This document shows positions 49,201 to 51,970 of a DNA stretch of 51,970 nt, piece after piece. Source of the stretch: Chiloscyllium plagiosum (Eukaryota). The stretch is from the NCBI RefSeq assembly GCF_004010195.1, contig NC_057719.1, forward strand, positions 7,048,230-7,100,199. Reading direction: 5' to 3'. The stretch's first letter is position 1; every line of letters begins with the position of its first letter. The position numbers and the translations under genes are program-made. The notes beneath the pieces were generated by a model. The model did not search any database. It had not been told where the DNA came from and saw nothing but the letters and a program-made list of their open reading frames with translations.

Positions 49201-49884
49201 GAAGGAGCCTCTCCTTTGTTTGTGAAGAATGCTACAGTTACACTTCAGCTGCAGAAATAATCCTGTTGGGCTGGTGTTGGCCTGGTATCCCATGAATTTA
49301 GGACTGGCAAAGACTGAAAAGGACCCTTTCCTAGAAGTTTTTTTATGCACGTGTATAGCTTAAAAATAAATGAAAATATTTGTGTTTCTCACCCTTCATT
49401 TTACTGATGTGCATTGAGAGTGAAACAAACTTTTTGATAGGATCTAAGCTTGAAGTTGTACTACAAGCAGGGGTTACCACTTTGATTTCACTCCCTAGGA
49501 CTTGTAATTGTGAAATTTGTTTTCCAGTCATTTTGACACTGACACAAACAATGTGTGCTATGATTCAATAAATAATAATGTTTAATGTGAACAAAACAAA
49601 ATCATAGTCATATATGATTATATGGAATCTGCTAATGTATAATATTTGCTGTTTTCCACATAAAATATTTTGCAAGTTAGACTTCAACATAGAAGATGTA
49701 TGTTTGCACAAGCATTAAAACACATCAAGCTGCTCCCTGAAACCTCATGGCAGAAATGTAGTTTTGAGACCATGATTCGAGGTGAGCACAAGTGTTCCAT
49801 TTGAACGTATCTTCCCTGCAGAAAGGAAAGGAAAACTGATTGTGTGAAGTAACTGAAGCTGGTCTTGCAGGCAACTTTAGTGTT

Positions 49885-50097
49885 GGTTGTAGCTTAGTGG
49901 TGGCAGTCTTGTCTATAAACTAGAGTTGTGTCCATTCAAGTCCCACTCCAGAGGCTGGAGTACATAAGGCAGTCTGACTCATCTGTTGTAATGCTGAGGA
50001 AGACACATTGCACCAAAGGCCTAGCTTCCATCTCCAGTGAACATGATGGTCCCTATTGTGTTACTTAAATGAAAAGGAGGAGAGTTTTCACTGGTGT
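49885..50097 (+). mobile_element. Degraded SacSINE1-like (DeuSINE) element
   Basis: tRNA-like head tagcttagtgg...ttcaagtcccactccagag, followed by a Deu-like body. Family assignment is from memory of the consensus. Confidence 0.5.
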
Positions 50098-50099
50098 TA

Positions 50100-50520
50100 T
50101 ATCATACTGCAGGGAAACAGACACTTTGATCCAACTGATCCACGTCGACTATGTTCCCAAACTAAACTAGTCATGCTTGCATGCATTTGGCTCCTATCCC
50201 TCCAAACCCCTCCTATTCATGTACTTATCCAAATATCTTTTAAATATTGTCACTGTACCTGTATCCACTAGTTCCTCTGGCAGTTCATTCCACACATTTT
50301 AAAAAAAAAAGTTGCCCTTCATGCTTTCTAAAACTTCCTTAAATATGCCCCTCAGTTTTGAACTCCCCCACTCAAGGGAAAAGACCCTTGTCACTCGCTC
50401 ATTATTTGTCTTTCATGATTTTATAAACCTCTATAAGGTTACCCCTCAACCTCCTAAGCTCCAGTGCAAAAGGTCCCAACCTGTCCAACCTAATTTTATA
50501 ATTGAAATTCTCCATTCCAA
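50100..50520 (-). mobile_element. CR1 3' end
   Basis: Similar to 6002-6340 and 30620-31080. Confidence 0.8.
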
Positions 50521-50523
50521 GCA

Positions 50524-51681
50524 ATGTCCTGGATGGTGTGTTGCCTTCCTGGTGCCAGGGTTAAAGACATCACAGACAGAGTGCAGGAAATCCTCAAGGA
50601 CGAAGGTGAAAAGCCAGAGATGGTGGTACCTGTCGACTCAAATGATGTCGGGAAGAAGAGGAACAAACTACAGCGGGACTTCGGAGAACTAGGAAGAAGG
50701 CTGAAAAGCAGGACGTCCAGGGTGGTTATCTTTGGTTTGCTTCCAGTTCCTCAGGCTGGTGAGGCCAGAAACAGGGAGATAATGGACTTGAACGTGTGGC
50801 TGGGGAACTGGTGCAGGAAGCAAATTTAAATTCTTGGATCACTGGGGTATGTTTTGTGGTAAGCATAAATTATACGGTTTGCACCTTAATAGGTTAGGGA
50901 CCAGCACTCTGGCAGGCAGGTTTGCTACTGCAACACAGCTACGTTTAAAATAAGTAGCAGGGGGGAGGAAATTGCAGGGAAAGTTAGAACAAAGGAAGTC
51001 AAGAAAGAAAACGGTATCAATGAAGCAGAAAACTCAAAGAGATCATGCTGTAAGGTTGAGTGAAATAGGAGTTGATGGAAGGGTGAGGGCAGTAACAAAT
51101 TAAGAATACTATATATGAATGCACGAAGCATTAGAAATAAGATGGATGAGCTTGAGGCTCTTTTGGAAATTGGCAGATACAATATTGTGGGGATAACTGA
51201 GACGTGGCTTCAAGTGGGCAGGGTCTGAGAAATGAATATTCAAGGCTACACGTGCTATCGTAAGGACAGATTGACGGGCAGAGGGGTGGCCATGTTGGTA
51301 AGGGATGACATTCAGTCCCTTGCGCGGGGGGACTTAGAAGCAGGGGATGTAGAGTCAGTATGGATAGAGCTGAGAAGTTCTAAGGGTAAAAAGACCCTCT
51401 TAGGAGTTATCTACAGGCCCCCAAACAGTAGTCTGGATGTCGGATGCAAGTTGAATCAGGAGCTGAAATTGGCCTGTTGCAAAGATGTTACTACAGTTGT
51501 TATGGGGGATTTCAACATGCAGGTAGACTGGGAGAATCAGGATGGTATTGGACCTCAAGAAAGAGACTTTGTGGAGTGCCTCCGAGGTGGATTCTTAGAA
51601 CAGCTGGTTCTGGAGCCTACCAGGGAGAAGGCAATTCTGGATTTGGTATTGTGCAATGAACCAGAATTGATCAGGGACCTT
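50524..51681 (+). mobile_element. CR1 5' portion (ORF1 esterase C-terminal half, ORF2 APE endonuclease)
   Basis: MVCCLPGARVKDITDRVQEILK; YMNARSIRNKMDEL...VGITETWL; VIYRPP...MGDFN...PTREKAILDLVLCN. Confidence 0.92.
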
Positions 51682-51970
51682 GAACATAGAACATAGAACA
51701 ATACAGCACAGAACAGTCCTTCAGCCCATGATGTTGTGCCGAACATTTGTCCAAGCTTAAGCAGCCATCCATGTACCTATCCAATTGCCACTTAAAGTTC
51801 GCCAATGATTCTGACTCTGCCACTCCCACAGGCAGCGCATTCCATGCCCCCACCACTCTCTGGGTAAAGAACCTACCCCTGACATCTCCCCTATACCTTC
51901 CACCCTTCACCTTAAATTTATGTCCCCTTGTAACACTCTGTTGTACCCGGGGAAAAAGTCTCCTATTGTC
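51682..51970 (-). mobile_element. Young CR1 3' end inserted in the previous CR1; runs off the window
   Basis: YRGDVRGRFFTQRVVGAWNALP; gaacatagaacatagaac is the reverse of the (TTCTATG)n tail. Confidence 0.92.

Noticed and set aside
1..51970. Prokaryotic system (operon, CRISPR array, defence island)
   Set aside because: No gene-dense ORFs and no regularly spaced repeat-spacer array; the content is vertebrate intron and TEs.

Overview
Eukaryotic, not prokaryotic. This is repeat-dense vertebrate DNA whose repeat content (many CR1 LINEs, HE1-type V-SINEs, a SacSINE1-like DeuSINE, Penelope-derived elements) points to a cartilaginous fish, probably a shark (inference). One host-gene exon is recognisable, and the ORF track misses it: a 137-nt internal coding exon of FOXN3 (+ strand, 6572-6708, [29 protein letters not shown]...). 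I found neither neighbouring exon, so the rest is probably intron (>6.5 kb upstream, >45 kb downstream). The introns hold nested, decayed transposable elements: CR1, Rex1/Babar, L1 and CR1/L2-group LINE pieces, SINEs, solo LTRs, Tc1/mariner-superfamily MITEs and at least three Penelope-related families. Best leads: (1) a tight cluster of RFX X-box motifs about 360-490 nt downstream of the exon; (2) minimal hammerhead-ribozyme cores in the Penelope-derived inverted repeats, one intact and sense to the FOXN3 pre-mRNA; (3) a TSD-bounded Penelope insertion that contains an internal L1 RT fragment; (4) two candidate cryptic/truncating exons. I cannot support a wholly new multi-gene system. Repeat boundaries are approximate unless a target-site duplication (TSD) is quoted.
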